Shown here: in pieces, positions 20,500-30,313 of the stretch
How the letters are laid out: each line of letters starts with the position of its first letter
How positions within the stretch are numbered: the stretch's first letter is position 1
DNA from: Acidobacteriota bacterium
GTDB taxonomy: Bacteria > Acidobacteriota > UBA6911 > RPQK01 > JAJDTT01
Reading direction: 5' to 3'
Assembly: GCA_965217775.1 (NCBI GenBank)
Contig: CBDCJH010000002.1
Coordinates: forward strand, 4,032,001-4,096,000
DNA: 64,000 bases
Position numbers and translations under genes: made by a program
The notes under the pieces: model-generated
What the model was told of the DNA's origin: nothing
What the model saw: only the letters and a program-made list of their open reading frames with translations
The model's database searches: none

Positions 20500-22149
20500 T
20501 CAGGAATCGGCGGGAACGATTCTGAACCTGACCCTCTCTCCGACGTCTCGCCGCTGGATCTTGTCCTCGACTCTGAGGACAAGGCTGTAATCCCCGGCAT
20601 CCATGCCGTCCAACTTGAACACCAACGCTGCCGCCACCCGGTCGCTGAAGCGGGAGAAGAGATGGGTGGCGGGACCGTCGATGAGTTCCTCTCCTCCGGA
20701 ATTCACGATGGACGCCGAAATGTCCAGGTCGACCAGGTCGCGACTCTGGTCGACGTCGAAGCTGTAGACCTCGAAGTAGACTCCGAGCCGGTCGCCGGGA
20801 CTGAACCGCCGCGCCTGGACCGGATACACCTTCCAACCCAACGCCGTTACGAAGGGGCTGGGCAGGGTTTCGCCTTCAGCTTTGACGATCGTGTCCGAGA
20901 GCACCAGGGACGAAAGGGCGAGCCCGTCGGGAACCGTTACCGGCAGTTGCAGCCGCTGCTGCAGGTGTCCGATCTTCTGGCTCCCCAAGTCCTTGGCGAT
21001 CAGATCGAGTTTGTAGATGCCGGGCGGCAGGGGGAGGATCTTCTGGAAGGATTTCTGTCCCTTCGGCTCCGTGGCGGCGCCCCGCCGGTCGTCGTAGATC
21101 GTCTCCTCGAACTCACTGACGATCCGTCCTCCCATGCTCTTCACCGAGCCGTACAGATTCACGGTTGCCCGAGGCACGGCTCCGGCCGAGGGAGTCTCAT
21201 AAGTCAGTTCCGTGAGCGGCAGAAATACGGTGATGGGAACCAGGAATGATTTTCCCGTAAGCCTGGTGTAGGAGTTGACGGCGTTGAACGGCAGTTCGTC
21301 GTAAGTGATGTTGGTCGCGACCGCGGCCTTGAGATCCTTGAACTGGATCCGAGGCGCCTGTTGCAGGCGGAAGTACCGATCCAGTCGGAGGAACGGATTC
21401 TGCGAATGCTTGTGAACCGCATCGAACTCGCCGCCGACCGAGCGCATCGGGTCCATGGCTCGGATCCGGCCGGCCCGGGTGTCGAGACCCATCCGTTCAA
21501 ACAGGGTGAGGCCCGCCCCGTCCATGTAGAGGAGAGCGTCCTTCTCCTCCGGCCTCAGGGCCATCCGGTACTCCCCGGTCATGGTCTTGTCGACGAACTC
21601 GATTTCGATTCCGCTCCCGATGTGCTCCACATGGCCGTAGTACCACTTTTCCATGGGATAGACGGCAGTGGTCCCCCCTCCCTCCTCGAGATCCCGGTAA
21701 TAGGTCTGGCCGGCGCCGTAGCGATCCACCGACGTGGCAGGCCCCAGGGCGATGTAGATCCGTCCCCGGTCCGACTTCCATCCCGGGATGCCGCCGCTGT
21801 GAAACCGCTCGTTGGAGTAGGCGATGCGGCGGTAGTGCTCGATCTTGAACTCGTTGAATGCACTGGCGGGATCGGGGTCGCGGCGGCGCCAGAACTGCTC
21901 GATGAAGCTCTCTTTCTCTTCGGTGCCGGTCAACTTGGAAAATACGGCCTTCTCTTCCGGCGAGATGATGTAGACCACGTCCTGATTCAGCCACTTGGCG
22001 AAGGGATCCACCTTTTCCTCAGCCTGAGGGTCCTGAGCGGCGGAGGGTAGAGCAGAAAACACCGTACCGAAAAAGACCAGACAGAGGGGGAGCAGGCGGA
22101 TCCGGCGAACCCGAGAATGACGAGTGCACCGCAGTGGGGACCAACTCAT
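20500..22149 (-). CDS. GWxTD domain protein
   Basis: KWLNQDVVYII...FIEQFWRRRDPDP...EHYRRIAY...GWKSDRGRIYI. ATGA overlap with the upstream gene. Confidence 0.9.
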   Translation of the reverse strand: MSWSPLRCTRHSRVRRIRLLPLCLVFFGTVFSALPSAAQDPQAEEKVDPFAKWLNQDVVYIISPEEKAVFSKLTGTEEKESFIEQFWRRRDPDPASAFNEFKIEHYRRIAYSNERFHSGGIPGWKSDRGRIYIALGPATSVDRYGAGQTYYRDLEEGGGTTAVYPMEKWYYGHVEHIGSGIEIEFVDKTMTGEYRMALRPEEKDALLYMDGAGLTLFERMGLDTRAGRIRAMDPMRSVGGEFDAVHKHSQNPFLRLDRYFRLQQAPRIQFKDLKAAVATNITYDELPFNAVNSYTRLTGKSFLVPITVFLPLTELTYETPSAGAVPRATVNLYGSVKSMGGRIVSEFEETIYDDRRGAATEPKGQKSFQKILPLPPGIYKLDLIAKDLGSQKIGHLQQRLQLPVTVPDGLALSSLVLSDTIVKAEGETLPSPFVTALGWKVYPVQARRFSPGDRLGVYFEVYSFDVDQSRDLVDLDISASIVNSGGEELIDGPATHLFSRFSDRVAAALVFKLDGMDAGDYSLVLRVEDKIQRRDVGERVRFRIVPADS

Positions 22150-23006
22150 TCGACCTTGGCCTCCTGCTGCAGTTGATAGAGCGATTTCCACATGCCGTCG
22201 TAGGAGGGAATCAGAGGCGGCGGCCCCCCGAAACGGGCGAATCGGGACGGCCTGCCGCGCAGCATCTGACCGGTCATGCCGAACGACGTCATCTCTCCGA
22301 AGTAGATCGGGTAGCAGTCGGCAGCCTGATATCCATAGATCAGGGTGCGGCGCGGGTGCTCGGACCGGTTGGGAAGCGACGCGTGGGGCGTGATGCAGTG
22401 CAGGAGGATGGCGCTTCCGGAAGGGCCGGCCAAGGACACCGGCTGACCGAAGCGGCCGTTGCTGAGATCCTCCGTGACCATGCCCGCGAACTGGCCGTCG
22501 GCCCCCGTGTGGTCGAAGAAGTGGGTGTGGTGCCGCGGCAGGACCTGCAGGCAGCCGTTCTCTTCGGTGGCATCGTCCACGTAGATCAACACCGCCACCT
22601 GGTCGTCGTTGGTGGAGGGGAAGTAGGCCATGTCCTGGTGCCACTTGACGACCGACCCCACCCGGGCCGGTTTCATGTTGATCTTGCTGTATTGCGCCGC
22701 GAAGTTGGGGCCGATCAAAGGTTCCAGGCAATCCAGCAGGCGCGCGTCGGACCCGAGGCGGCGAAAGGTCTGGTGCCGGTCGAAGGGTTCATAGATCCGC
22801 CGCGGCACCGGACGGCCCTCCTGCAGCTCCGGCTCCAGTTCCAGGACGTCGCTCCAGTCGCCACTCGCCAGCGCCGTCTCCGAGACCTCCCGGATGGCTC
22901 GATCGACTTCCGCCATCTCTTCCGCGCTGAAAAACTCCGGCAGGAGCAGATAGCCCTCTCGCCGATAACTGTCCACCTGGTCGTCCGAGAGACGCGTGAT
23001 CGTCAT
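22146..23006 (-). CDS. PhyH-family Fe(II)/2OG dioxygenase
   Basis: WHQD, ENGCLQVLP, PHAS..N.S...RR motifs. Confidence 0.9.
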   Translation of the reverse strand: MTITRLSDDQVDSYRREGYLLLPEFFSAEEMAEVDRAIREVSETALASGDWSDVLELEPELQEGRPVPRRIYEPFDRHQTFRRLGSDARLLDCLEPLIGPNFAAQYSKINMKPARVGSVVKWHQDMAYFPSTNDDQVAVLIYVDDATEENGCLQVLPRHHTHFFDHTGADGQFAGMVTEDLSNGRFGQPVSLAGPSGSAILLHCITPHASLPNRSEHPRRTLIYGYQAADCYPIYFGEMTSFGMTGQMLRGRPSRFARFGGPPPLIPSYDGMWKSLYQLQQEAKVE

Positions 23007-23124
23007 GATTCAACCTCCCTGTCCGGAAGAGCGCATTCTGGGAGCCACGCACCGGCATTGTGGTGGATCTTATTGCCTTCTATTATCGTGGCCTCCGGTC
23101 ATCGCCCGCAAGAGGAGGTCCCGC

Positions 23125-24516
23125 ATGATTTCCCGGCGCCGGTTTCTTCAGCTGGCTGCCCAGGGGACGGTCAGTGGCTCCGCGATCCACGCTACCGTCT
23201 CGGCCCTCACCGCAGAATCGGCCGTGGAGCACCTGCTCTGCATGTCGCCCCGGCAATTGGCCAAACTGGAGGAAGGCCGCAACCAGGGATTGTTGGAGCT
23301 CGCCCCCGTCAGTCTCCCACCCGATCCGGACGCTCTCAACAACCACTTCGGATGGCCGGTCGCCGCCCGGACAGGCGACACGCTCATCGTGGTGCACCGC
23401 CGAATTCCGGGGCATTGGAAGGGACTCGAGCGCACCGACGACCGGCACAGCTACACCATGGTGGTGCGATCGACGGACGGCGGGAAGTCCTGGACCGAAC
23501 CCTTCGACCTGCGCCAGGTGATGAGAAGAGAGGATCGCTACCGGGGCGGTCACATCCCGCTGGCCCACCGCTACAAATTCGCCCGCGACCAGGATCCGAC
23601 TCTCGGCTACAAGATCCACCTGAACGCCATCGGGACGGCGTGCGACGGCGGAGTCGTCCTGGTGAGCGACCACGGGGTCTTCCGCAGCGACGACCGCGGC
23701 AGGACCTGGGCCCATTTCTCCCGGGCCATGAGGGAGGACACCACGCCGGGTCCGGTGCTCTACATCGGTCCGCGCCTTTTTGAGCACCCGGCCTACGGCC
23801 TCGTGGTGGCGGGACACTCCAACCTGGTGACCGATCAGTACCAGGAGGGCTTGCATCCGCCGGACACGACGGGCGGAAGTGTCCGCATCGCCGACAAGAT
23901 CCACTTCCGCTACTCACGAGACGGAGGGCGGACCTGGGCCGAGGAGGAACAGTCCCTTCCTTCCTTCGTCCGTCCGGCCGAGCCGGTCGCCCTGCTGGAC
24001 GGGAACCGGCTGGCCATCGTGTCCCGAAGCTACGACCCTGCTGCCTACGATAAGCGGACGGACACTTCCGTCTACGCGCAACTCTGGTCGGAACGGGGAT
24101 GGCTTCCCCTGCAGTCAAGGCATTCCAACATCCGCGTCTCCGGCAGGCGTGGACGCCAGGACACGGTGGACATCGACTTCAATCCGGTCACCGCACGGAT
24201 CGAGGCAGTGGTGCCGGCGCGAGCGGGCAGCGGACCGGGACGTCCCGATGCGGGGAAGATGTCGTTGAACCTTTGGAGCATCGATCCGCGGGACCTCTTC
24301 TCGGGCAGCTCACGCTGGCGCTTCGAATGTTCTCTCTTCTCACGCCGGGAGCCGACGGGCAGGATCGACGGCCTCCACCCCGGGGCCGCCGTCATCGATT
24401 CCGAGCGCGGCGTCCAACACGTCTTCGTCTACATGGGTTATCCGGCCGGACCGGCCGGTGTCTTCCGGCTGACGCGCACGCTGGAAACCGGCGCCTTGAA
24501 GGCTTTCCTGGGCTGA
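23125..24516 (+). CDS. BNR/Asp-box (sialidase-like) protein with Tat signal
   Basis: SRRRFLQ signal. STDGGKSW, SDDRGRTW, SRDGGRTW boxes. GAGGAGG RBS. Confidence 0.82.
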   Translation: MISRRRFLQLAAQGTVSGSAIHATVSALTAESAVEHLLCMSPRQLAKLEEGRNQGLLELAPVSLPPDPDALNNHFGWPVAARTGDTLIVVHRRIPGHWKGLERTDDRHSYTMVVRSTDGGKSWTEPFDLRQVMRREDRYRGGHIPLAHRYKFARDQDPTLGYKIHLNAIGTACDGGVVLVSDHGVFRSDDRGRTWAHFSRAMREDTTPGPVLYIGPRLFEHPAYGLVVAGHSNLVTDQYQEGLHPPDTTGGSVRIADKIHFRYSRDGGRTWAEEEQSLPSFVRPAEPVALLDGNRLAIVSRSYDPAAYDKRTDTSVYAQLWSERGWLPLQSRHSNIRVSGRRGRQDTVDIDFNPVTARIEAVVPARAGSGPGRPDAGKMSLNLWSIDPRDLFSGSSRWRFECSLFSRREPTGRIDGLHPGAAVIDSERGVQHVFVYMGYPAGPAGVFRLTRTLETGALKAFLG

Positions 24517-24561
24517 CGGGCAGTTATTTGCGGCGAACGGCTCCCCGGGCTGGAGCGGGAA

Positions 24562-25293
24562 TCACTTTTTTCTGGGCTTCGACGGTCGCATCTCGACGCG
24601 GCTGACCAGGCACCGCGGATGTTGGGTCAGAATGCTGACGACCACCTGCGCCACGTCCTCCGGAGCCATCTTCCAGGCGTCTCCGCTCCCGCCCTGCGAC
24701 GATCGCGACTTGGTGTTGACGCTGCCCGGCATGATGTAGGCGACCCGGATGTCGTCGTGCCGGACTTCCTCCATCAGGGCTTCGCTCAGTCCGGTCAAGC
24801 CGAACTTGGAGGCGTTGTAGGCCGAGCCTCCGGCGAAGGCGTTCTTGCCGGCGAGGCTGCTGATGTTGATGATGAATCCGCCCCCGGTCTTCTTCATCTC
24901 CGGGACCGCGAAGTGACAGCCGTAGAAAACGCCGTCCAGATTGGTGGCGATGGTGGTCCGCCACTCCTCCACCGACATCTCCTCCACGCTCTTGAAGGCG
25001 CGCAGGGCGGCCGCATTGTTGATCAGAATGTCGATCCGCCCGAGCCGGGCGATACAGGAACGGATGAGCGCCCGGACCTGCTCCGGGTCCCTGACGTCGC
25101 AGGTTTGACCCACCACCGCCCCCGCGCCGCTGCCGCGGAGGGAATCGACCGCCGCTTCGATGTCTCCTCCGTTCCGGGCGCAGATCATCACCCCCGCACC
25201 CGCGCGAACCAGTGCCCGGGCCACGGCGAACCCGATCCCTCGCGAACCGCCCGTGACCACAGCCCGTTTGCCTGAAAGTGTCATAACCCGCAT
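24562..25293 (-). CDS. SDR family oxidoreductase
   Basis: TGGSRGIG, INNA, YNASK motifs. Confidence 0.92.
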   Translation of the reverse strand: MRVMTLSGKRAVVTGGSRGIGFAVARALVRAGAGVMICARNGGDIEAAVDSLRGSGAGAVVGQTCDVRDPEQVRALIRSCIARLGRIDILINNAAALRAFKSVEEMSVEEWRTTIATNLDGVFYGCHFAVPEMKKTGGGFIINISSLAGKNAFAGGSAYNASKFGLTGLSEALMEEVRHDDIRVAYIMPGSVNTKSRSSQGGSGDAWKMAPEDVAQVVVSILTQHPRCLVSRVEMRPSKPRKK

Positions 25294-25383
25294 TCCTCAC
25301 CGGGAGGCCCGACGACCGCGAAGCCCTTCTTCCTTCGACGCGATCCCGGCACCGATGGCTCTTGGTTGTCCTTGCCGTTATTT

Positions 25384-25740
25384 CTACGACCCAGACCTCT
25401 GGTTCGGCCCGGCCACAGAGCAGGCTAATGCAACCATCAGTGCAGAGTCGAGATGCTTGATCTTGGCGCCCTTGAGGCTTCCGACGAACCGAGTCAATTG
25501 CGACTTCCTCAAACTGACAAGCTCGTCGCAGTGCACGCTGCTGTCGTGTCGAAGTCCCTCATTCGATCCGATATCGACCTGCGTTGCGAGCCCGTGGCGG
25601 GCTGAGTACACCGGCGCGCAGATGACCGTGGAAAAACGGGAATCGATCAACTCCTGCCGACTGACTACGACGAACACACGAAACCGCTTCGGGTCGCGAG
25701 CAGGAGGCTTGGCAACCCGATAGAGCTCACCGCGTCTCAC
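25384..25740 (-). CDS. PemK/MazF family toxin
   Basis: MRRGELY...R.FVVVS...TVICAP...S.VHCD...VGSL pattern. Confidence 0.88.
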   Translation of the reverse strand: MRRGELYRVAKPPARDPKRFRVFVVVSRQELIDSRFSTVICAPVYSARHGLATQVDIGSNEGLRHDSSVHCDELVSLRKSQLTRFVGSLKGAKIKHLDSALMVALACSVAGPNQRSGS

Positions 25741-26408
25741 ATTTCCACCTGGTAACCCAAGACGTCGACCGCTTCCTCGTTCAGTTCATCAGCGTGCGCG
25801 TTGATGATGTTGAGGTCACGCTTGTCGTTCGCCTCGCGAGAACTCGCAGCTGATTCACCGGCTACTCTGATACGCGCGCGGCCTCCCGGGTGTGCGGCAC
25901 GCTCCGTATTGCGCCACATGAATCCGATGTCCAGAGCAATCCCAAGTTTTTGCGCTGCAGTCACGATTGCCAGACCAGCTCCATTGGCAGGCTGGCCCTG
26001 TACCGAAACATCTATCTCGGACAGGTAACGGTAACCTTCTTCTTGCTTCCTCCCTTGAACCATGTTGGCAGGACATAGCCGGTTGAGCTCATCGAAATTC
26101 CTGGCGCGCTCCTTGGCCAACTTGACGACCATTCGATCTCGCAAATGATTCCACTTTGGCCGTGCGACGACGATCCCGCCGATCATCGCGTCCAGAACTT
26201 TCGTATGCGTCAAGTCAGGAAGCCGTTGCGGATCAATCCGCCTTTCAGAATCCATCCGGGTGCCTTCTTTCGAGGCGCCGATGCCAGCCTGTTGATCCAG
26301 GGCGTCCAGAGCACGATTGATGACTGCATCGGGATTGACGTCCAGGAATGGCCGAGCATGACTTTTCAGTCGCTCGAGAGTCGCCTCGTCCACGGCTATA
26401 TCGACCAT
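25737..26408 (-). CDS. Putative antitoxin partner: unusually long, with acidic C-terminal tail
   Basis: GTGA overlap with the toxin. N-terminal RHH-like segment. C-terminal [24 protein letters not shown]. Confidence 0.65.
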   Translation of the reverse strand: MVDIAVDEATLERLKSHARPFLDVNPDAVINRALDALDQQAGIGASKEGTRMDSERRIDPQRLPDLTHTKVLDAMIGGIVVARPKWNHLRDRMVVKLAKERARNFDELNRLCPANMVQGRKQEEGYRYLSEIDVSVQGQPANGAGLAIVTAAQKLGIALDIGFMWRNTERAAHPGGRARIRVAGESAASSREANDKRDLNIINAHADELNEEAVDVLGYQVEM

Positions 26409-26751
26409 ATCTTCCTCCCAAATTTAAAACGTTGTAAATTTATATGATTAATTTGCTCCCGCATGCAAGACGCTACCCATAAAGAGACAGCATTGCGCGC
26501 TCGAGGGTCTTTCCATTGCCTGGCTTCGCCGGGCCATGGCTGCGACAACGCCCTGGGGCCACTTTACCGGGGTCCGCCCGGTCTGCAACCGACTGGCGCG
26601 GGGGTGGTCCAAAAAACGCAGATTCGTATACGCTTCACCTGCCACGAACGTCAGGCCCGCGGCCGTGGTTGTGTGGAAAACATATGAGTCGGCGGCTGGT
26701 AACCGCCGCTCCCACCCCGCCCTCCGCGGACCATCGGCGAGGACAGCCATC

Positions 26752-27873
26752 ATGGATCGGCGACACTTCCTGACCACCTCCAGCAGCTTGACTGCGATTT
26801 CGGCACTCGCGGCTTGCGGCCCTCCCGGGGCTTCACCCACCGGCGCCAAGGCGATCCGGAAGCCTCTGAAGATGCACGTCGGGACCCAACGCCCCAGCAC
26901 CACTCCCGAGATGCTCCAGTTCTTCAAACGCCATGGTGTCGATCACTGCTGCGGCTGGCCTCCGGTCAAGGAGGGGGAGCCCCGGCGAGACTGGGAGTTG
27001 GACGAGATCGCCCAACAGAAGGAACTCTGCGCCCGGCACGGTCTCAGCATGGACATGATCGGGGTCCCTTTCATGACGCCCCTTCACATCGACCGGAACC
27101 CGCGGGCCGGCATACTCCTCGGCGAGAATCCGGACCGCGACCGGGAGATCGAGTACGTCCGGAATCTCATCGTCGCCTGCGCCCGGGCCGAAGTGCCCTG
27201 CTTCAAGTACAACCTGCGCATTCTGGGGACCATGCGCACCGGACGCACCCACGGAGGGCGGGGCGGGTCCTCGTACAGCACCTGGAAGCTGAGCGATGCC
27301 CGGCAGGAGCCGCCCTTGACCCGGGCGGGACCGGTGCCCGCCGAGGTCTTCTGGGAGCGGATCGACTACTTCCTGGAGCGGGTGATCCCGGTGTGCAACG
27401 AATACCGGGTCCGTGCCGCCTGCCATCCCCACGACCCGGGGGTCCCGCCCGAGGGTTTTCAGGGAGTCGACCGGGTGTTGGGAACCCCCGAAGGATTGAA
27501 GAAGTTCGTCTCGCTGCACGAGAGTCCCTTCCACGGCCTGAATCTCTGCCTGGGGACCACCGCGGAGATGCTCCACGATCCAAACCGGGAGATCCATGAC
27601 ATCGTCCGCTATTTCGGAGAACGCGGGAAGATCTTCAACATCCACTTCCGAAACATCCGCGGTGGACGGGACGACTTCATGGAGGTGTGGCCGGACGAAG
27701 GGGACATGAACATGGTGGAGTTGGCCCTGACGCTGGCCCGGGTGGACTATCCCTACATGGTGATGCCCGACCACATGCCACTCCACCCGGACGATCCCGG
27801 CGCCAAGCAGGGGTTCGCCTTCGGATACGGCTATATCAAGGCCATTCTGCAGGCGATCGAGCTCCTCGCCTGA
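26752..27873 (+). CDS. Mannonate dehydratase (UxuA)-like protein with Tat/lipoprotein-like signal
   Basis: CHPHDP, GLNLCLGT, NIHFRNI, MPDHMP. N-terminal DRRHFL...LAAC. Confidence 0.85.
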   Translation: MDRRHFLTTSSSLTAISALAACGPPGASPTGAKAIRKPLKMHVGTQRPSTTPEMLQFFKRHGVDHCCGWPPVKEGEPRRDWELDEIAQQKELCARHGLSMDMIGVPFMTPLHIDRNPRAGILLGENPDRDREIEYVRNLIVACARAEVPCFKYNLRILGTMRTGRTHGGRGGSSYSTWKLSDARQEPPLTRAGPVPAEVFWERIDYFLERVIPVCNEYRVRAACHPHDPGVPPEGFQGVDRVLGTPEGLKKFVSLHESPFHGLNLCLGTTAEMLHDPNREIHDIVRYFGERGKIFNIHFRNIRGGRDDFMEVWPDEGDMNMVELALTLARVDYPYMVMPDHMPLHPDDPGAKQGFAFGYGYIKAILQAIELLA

Positions 27874-27925
27874 GGGGATCGGAGGCGACGGAGTCCGGCG
27901 GCAAGAAAGCCGCCGCTCCCAGCGG

Positions 27926-30181
27926 CTAGGAAGGCGTGGCTCCCAGCGGCCGGTCGGAGGAGAACCGGCGCAAGACGTTGTCGGTGATGCGCGACACCGG
28001 GTTGTCGTAACCGTTGTAGGAAAGGCTGCCGCACCAAGCGATCGATCCCACCGAGAAGACGGCTCCACTCCGTGGCCCTTCGAAGTAGACCATGTCCGAT
28101 CGGATCAGCGGGCTCTTGTCGCCGAACAGAGGACCGCTCAGATCGTGGAGATCTTCCAGCACACACTGGTAACCGGCGGAGTGGCCGAAAGAGGTCGCCA
28201 GCACCAGGGCGTGGGCCGGACTGCCCAGGGCCGGATCGAAACGATCGAGCTCAAAGCCGGCGGCGCCGTATCGGAAAGCCAGTGACTCGAAGTCGCCGAT
28301 CAGTTCGTCCGCGCCGATCCCCTCGAAGATGAAGGCGGCCCTGGGGTCGAAGCTGGCGGGCCGGCGGCGATAGGGACGGCCCGATCCCGTCCCCTGGGAC
28401 GCCATTCCGACGCCGACCAGCTTCTGCGGCGCCCGGTTCCGGAAGCGCCAGAGGCCGCCGAGCTCACCCGTCGTGCTGTGGTAGTACTGCCCCGGTTCGG
28501 CCTCACAGCTTCTGGTGCCGGCCCAGCGTCTCACCTCGATGACGTGCGGCCGCTCCGGATCGACGGTGGTCACCCAGTAGAAGCCGTTGCCCCCCAGGTA
28601 CATGAAACGTCCCCCCCGGGCCTGGTACGCCTGCAGAGCATCGCTCATCCGCCGGGTCCAGTATTCGGGATGGGTGCCGCTGACGATGACCCTGTAGGAG
28701 GAGAGCAGTTCGACTCCTTCGTGATGAAGGTCCTCGTCGGTGATCACGTCGTAGCGGTACGACTTGGCCTCCAGCCAGTCCACCAGGTGGAGGTCGGCGC
28801 TGAACTGATGGGGCGAACCCGCACCCAGGGAGAGCGGAGGCAGACGGTGCCAGGGCCTCATGTTGACGATGGGCCTGAGGCGGGAGGAGTAATGGGCGCT
28901 GCTCCCGTCGGTATGCAGATCGTAAAGGCTGTGGAGCCGTTCATTGACGATGAACTGGTCCGCGGGCCGTGAAGAGCCGGGCTTCAAGCCCTTGACCTCC
29001 ATCCGGACCGGGTTGTTGAACTTCTGGTTGGCGTAGGCGAGATAGCTGAAGGTGGGCGCCAGGAAGGCGATGTCGGCAGTCGTGGTGCCTTTCCGGGGCC
29101 GGACGAAGAAGGGGATATGGTCCTCGGCGTCCGAGGCGGTCAACCAGGCGGCATAGACACCGCTGGGGAGGTCGCTCGGTACCGCAAAATCGAAGTCGAC
29201 GTCCCACGCGGCATCCTCCAGGTCGTCGTCATGGAAGTGGATTGCACCATATTCTCCGGGAGCCGCCTTGAAATCGACCTCGTTGCCGGTCCAGTCGTGT
29301 CCGGTCACGGCTCTTGCCGGCAGGTTCACGGTATGGCCGTGCAGGCCGTGCGGCCCCGTGTCCGTGACCTCTCGTCCGGAAGAACCGAGGGAGAAATCCC
29401 ATGCCGCCAGCAAGGACTCACCGGCGTCCCCAGGCGCACCGCCCCCCTTGAGGCTCTCGATTTCTCCGGGCTCCAGGGCCCGTCCGTAGAGGCGGGGACC
29501 GTCGATCTTGCCGTTGAAATGCCCCGCCACCTGAGCCCGTGATCCGTCCGGCCGCTTCCAGCAGGCTCCCATGAGGAGGGGGATGGGATGGGCAACGATG
29601 CCGCCCCCTGCGGCGGCGCCGGCCACCACCGCTCCCGACCGGTCTCTCGGCCATCGGGTGAGGGGTTCCTGCCAGAGCCGCACGGTGCCTTGGGCGGCGT
29701 CCCACGTGGCCGCCACGAAGTACCATTGCGACGGCGTCAGCGCCGTTTCCGTCCGGAACTTCTCCACCCGGCCGTCGCCATCGCCGATCCACAGACTCAG
29801 ACCCCGATCCCCGTCGAGGAACAGGCCGTATCCTGCCTGCTCAGATTCGGACCACTGGGTCACGATCCCCTGCCCTGCTTTGTCGGGTGTCGTGGGACGG
29901 ATCCAGGCCTGAACCGTGAACCCGCCCGTAAAGTCGAGGGCCGACGGATCGGGGACGACGAGATACGAGCCGCGATGGAGCTCCTGGACCCGGCCCGGGT
30001 ACTCCCCGTTCGCGGGAGCCGCCACCGGCTCCGATTTGACGCCCGGCCCCTTGGGGTTGTCGTCGCCGTGAATCAGACGCACGATCCGGGTCTGGTAGGA
30101 GGACAGCTCGCAGCTGACCATAAACCGAATCGTCTGGCCCTGCTGGACGCTGAGCCGGTCGCCGTAGCCGACAATCTTCAT
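27926..30181 (-). CDS. N,N-dimethylformamidase large (beta) subunit family protein with LamG-like domain
   Basis: YGAIHFHDDD, SYLAYAN, SLYD, HPEYWT, YLGGNGFYW, GAVFSVGSI motifs. Confidence 0.88.
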   Translation of the reverse strand: MKIVGYGDRLSVQQGQTIRFMVSCELSSYQTRIVRLIHGDDNPKGPGVKSEPVAAPANGEYPGRVQELHRGSYLVVPDPSALDFTGGFTVQAWIRPTTPDKAGQGIVTQWSESEQAGYGLFLDGDRGLSLWIGDGDGRVEKFRTETALTPSQWYFVAATWDAAQGTVRLWQEPLTRWPRDRSGAVVAGAAAGGGIVAHPIPLLMGACWKRPDGSRAQVAGHFNGKIDGPRLYGRALEPGEIESLKGGGAPGDAGESLLAAWDFSLGSSGREVTDTGPHGLHGHTVNLPARAVTGHDWTGNEVDFKAAPGEYGAIHFHDDDLEDAAWDVDFDFAVPSDLPSGVYAAWLTASDAEDHIPFFVRPRKGTTTADIAFLAPTFSYLAYANQKFNNPVRMEVKGLKPGSSRPADQFIVNERLHSLYDLHTDGSSAHYSSRLRPIVNMRPWHRLPPLSLGAGSPHQFSADLHLVDWLEAKSYRYDVITDEDLHHEGVELLSSYRVIVSGTHPEYWTRRMSDALQAYQARGGRFMYLGGNGFYWVTTVDPERPHVIEVRRWAGTRSCEAEPGQYYHSTTGELGGLWRFRNRAPQKLVGVGMASQGTGSGRPYRRRPASFDPRAAFIFEGIGADELIGDFESLAFRYGAAGFELDRFDPALGSPAHALVLATSFGHSAGYQCVLEDLHDLSGPLFGDKSPLIRSDMVYFEGPRSGAVFSVGSIAWCGSLSYNGYDNPVSRITDNVLRRFSSDRPLGATPS

Positions 30182-30313
30182 TCGGACCTCTCCGCTCTCA
30201 CGTTGACATCCCCCGGCGCCGGGCGTCTAATGTGGATCAGTTTCGTAAAGGGGGTCGTGAATAACCACGACTCGTCCGGCCCCAATTTCATTTGGTTCAG
30301 GAAGGTTAGCACA

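Noticed and set aside
20500-22731. 743-aa GWxTD fusion ORF
   Set aside because: The upstream part overlaps the PhyH gene in another frame. The real start is 22149 (ATGA coupling, signal-like N-terminus).
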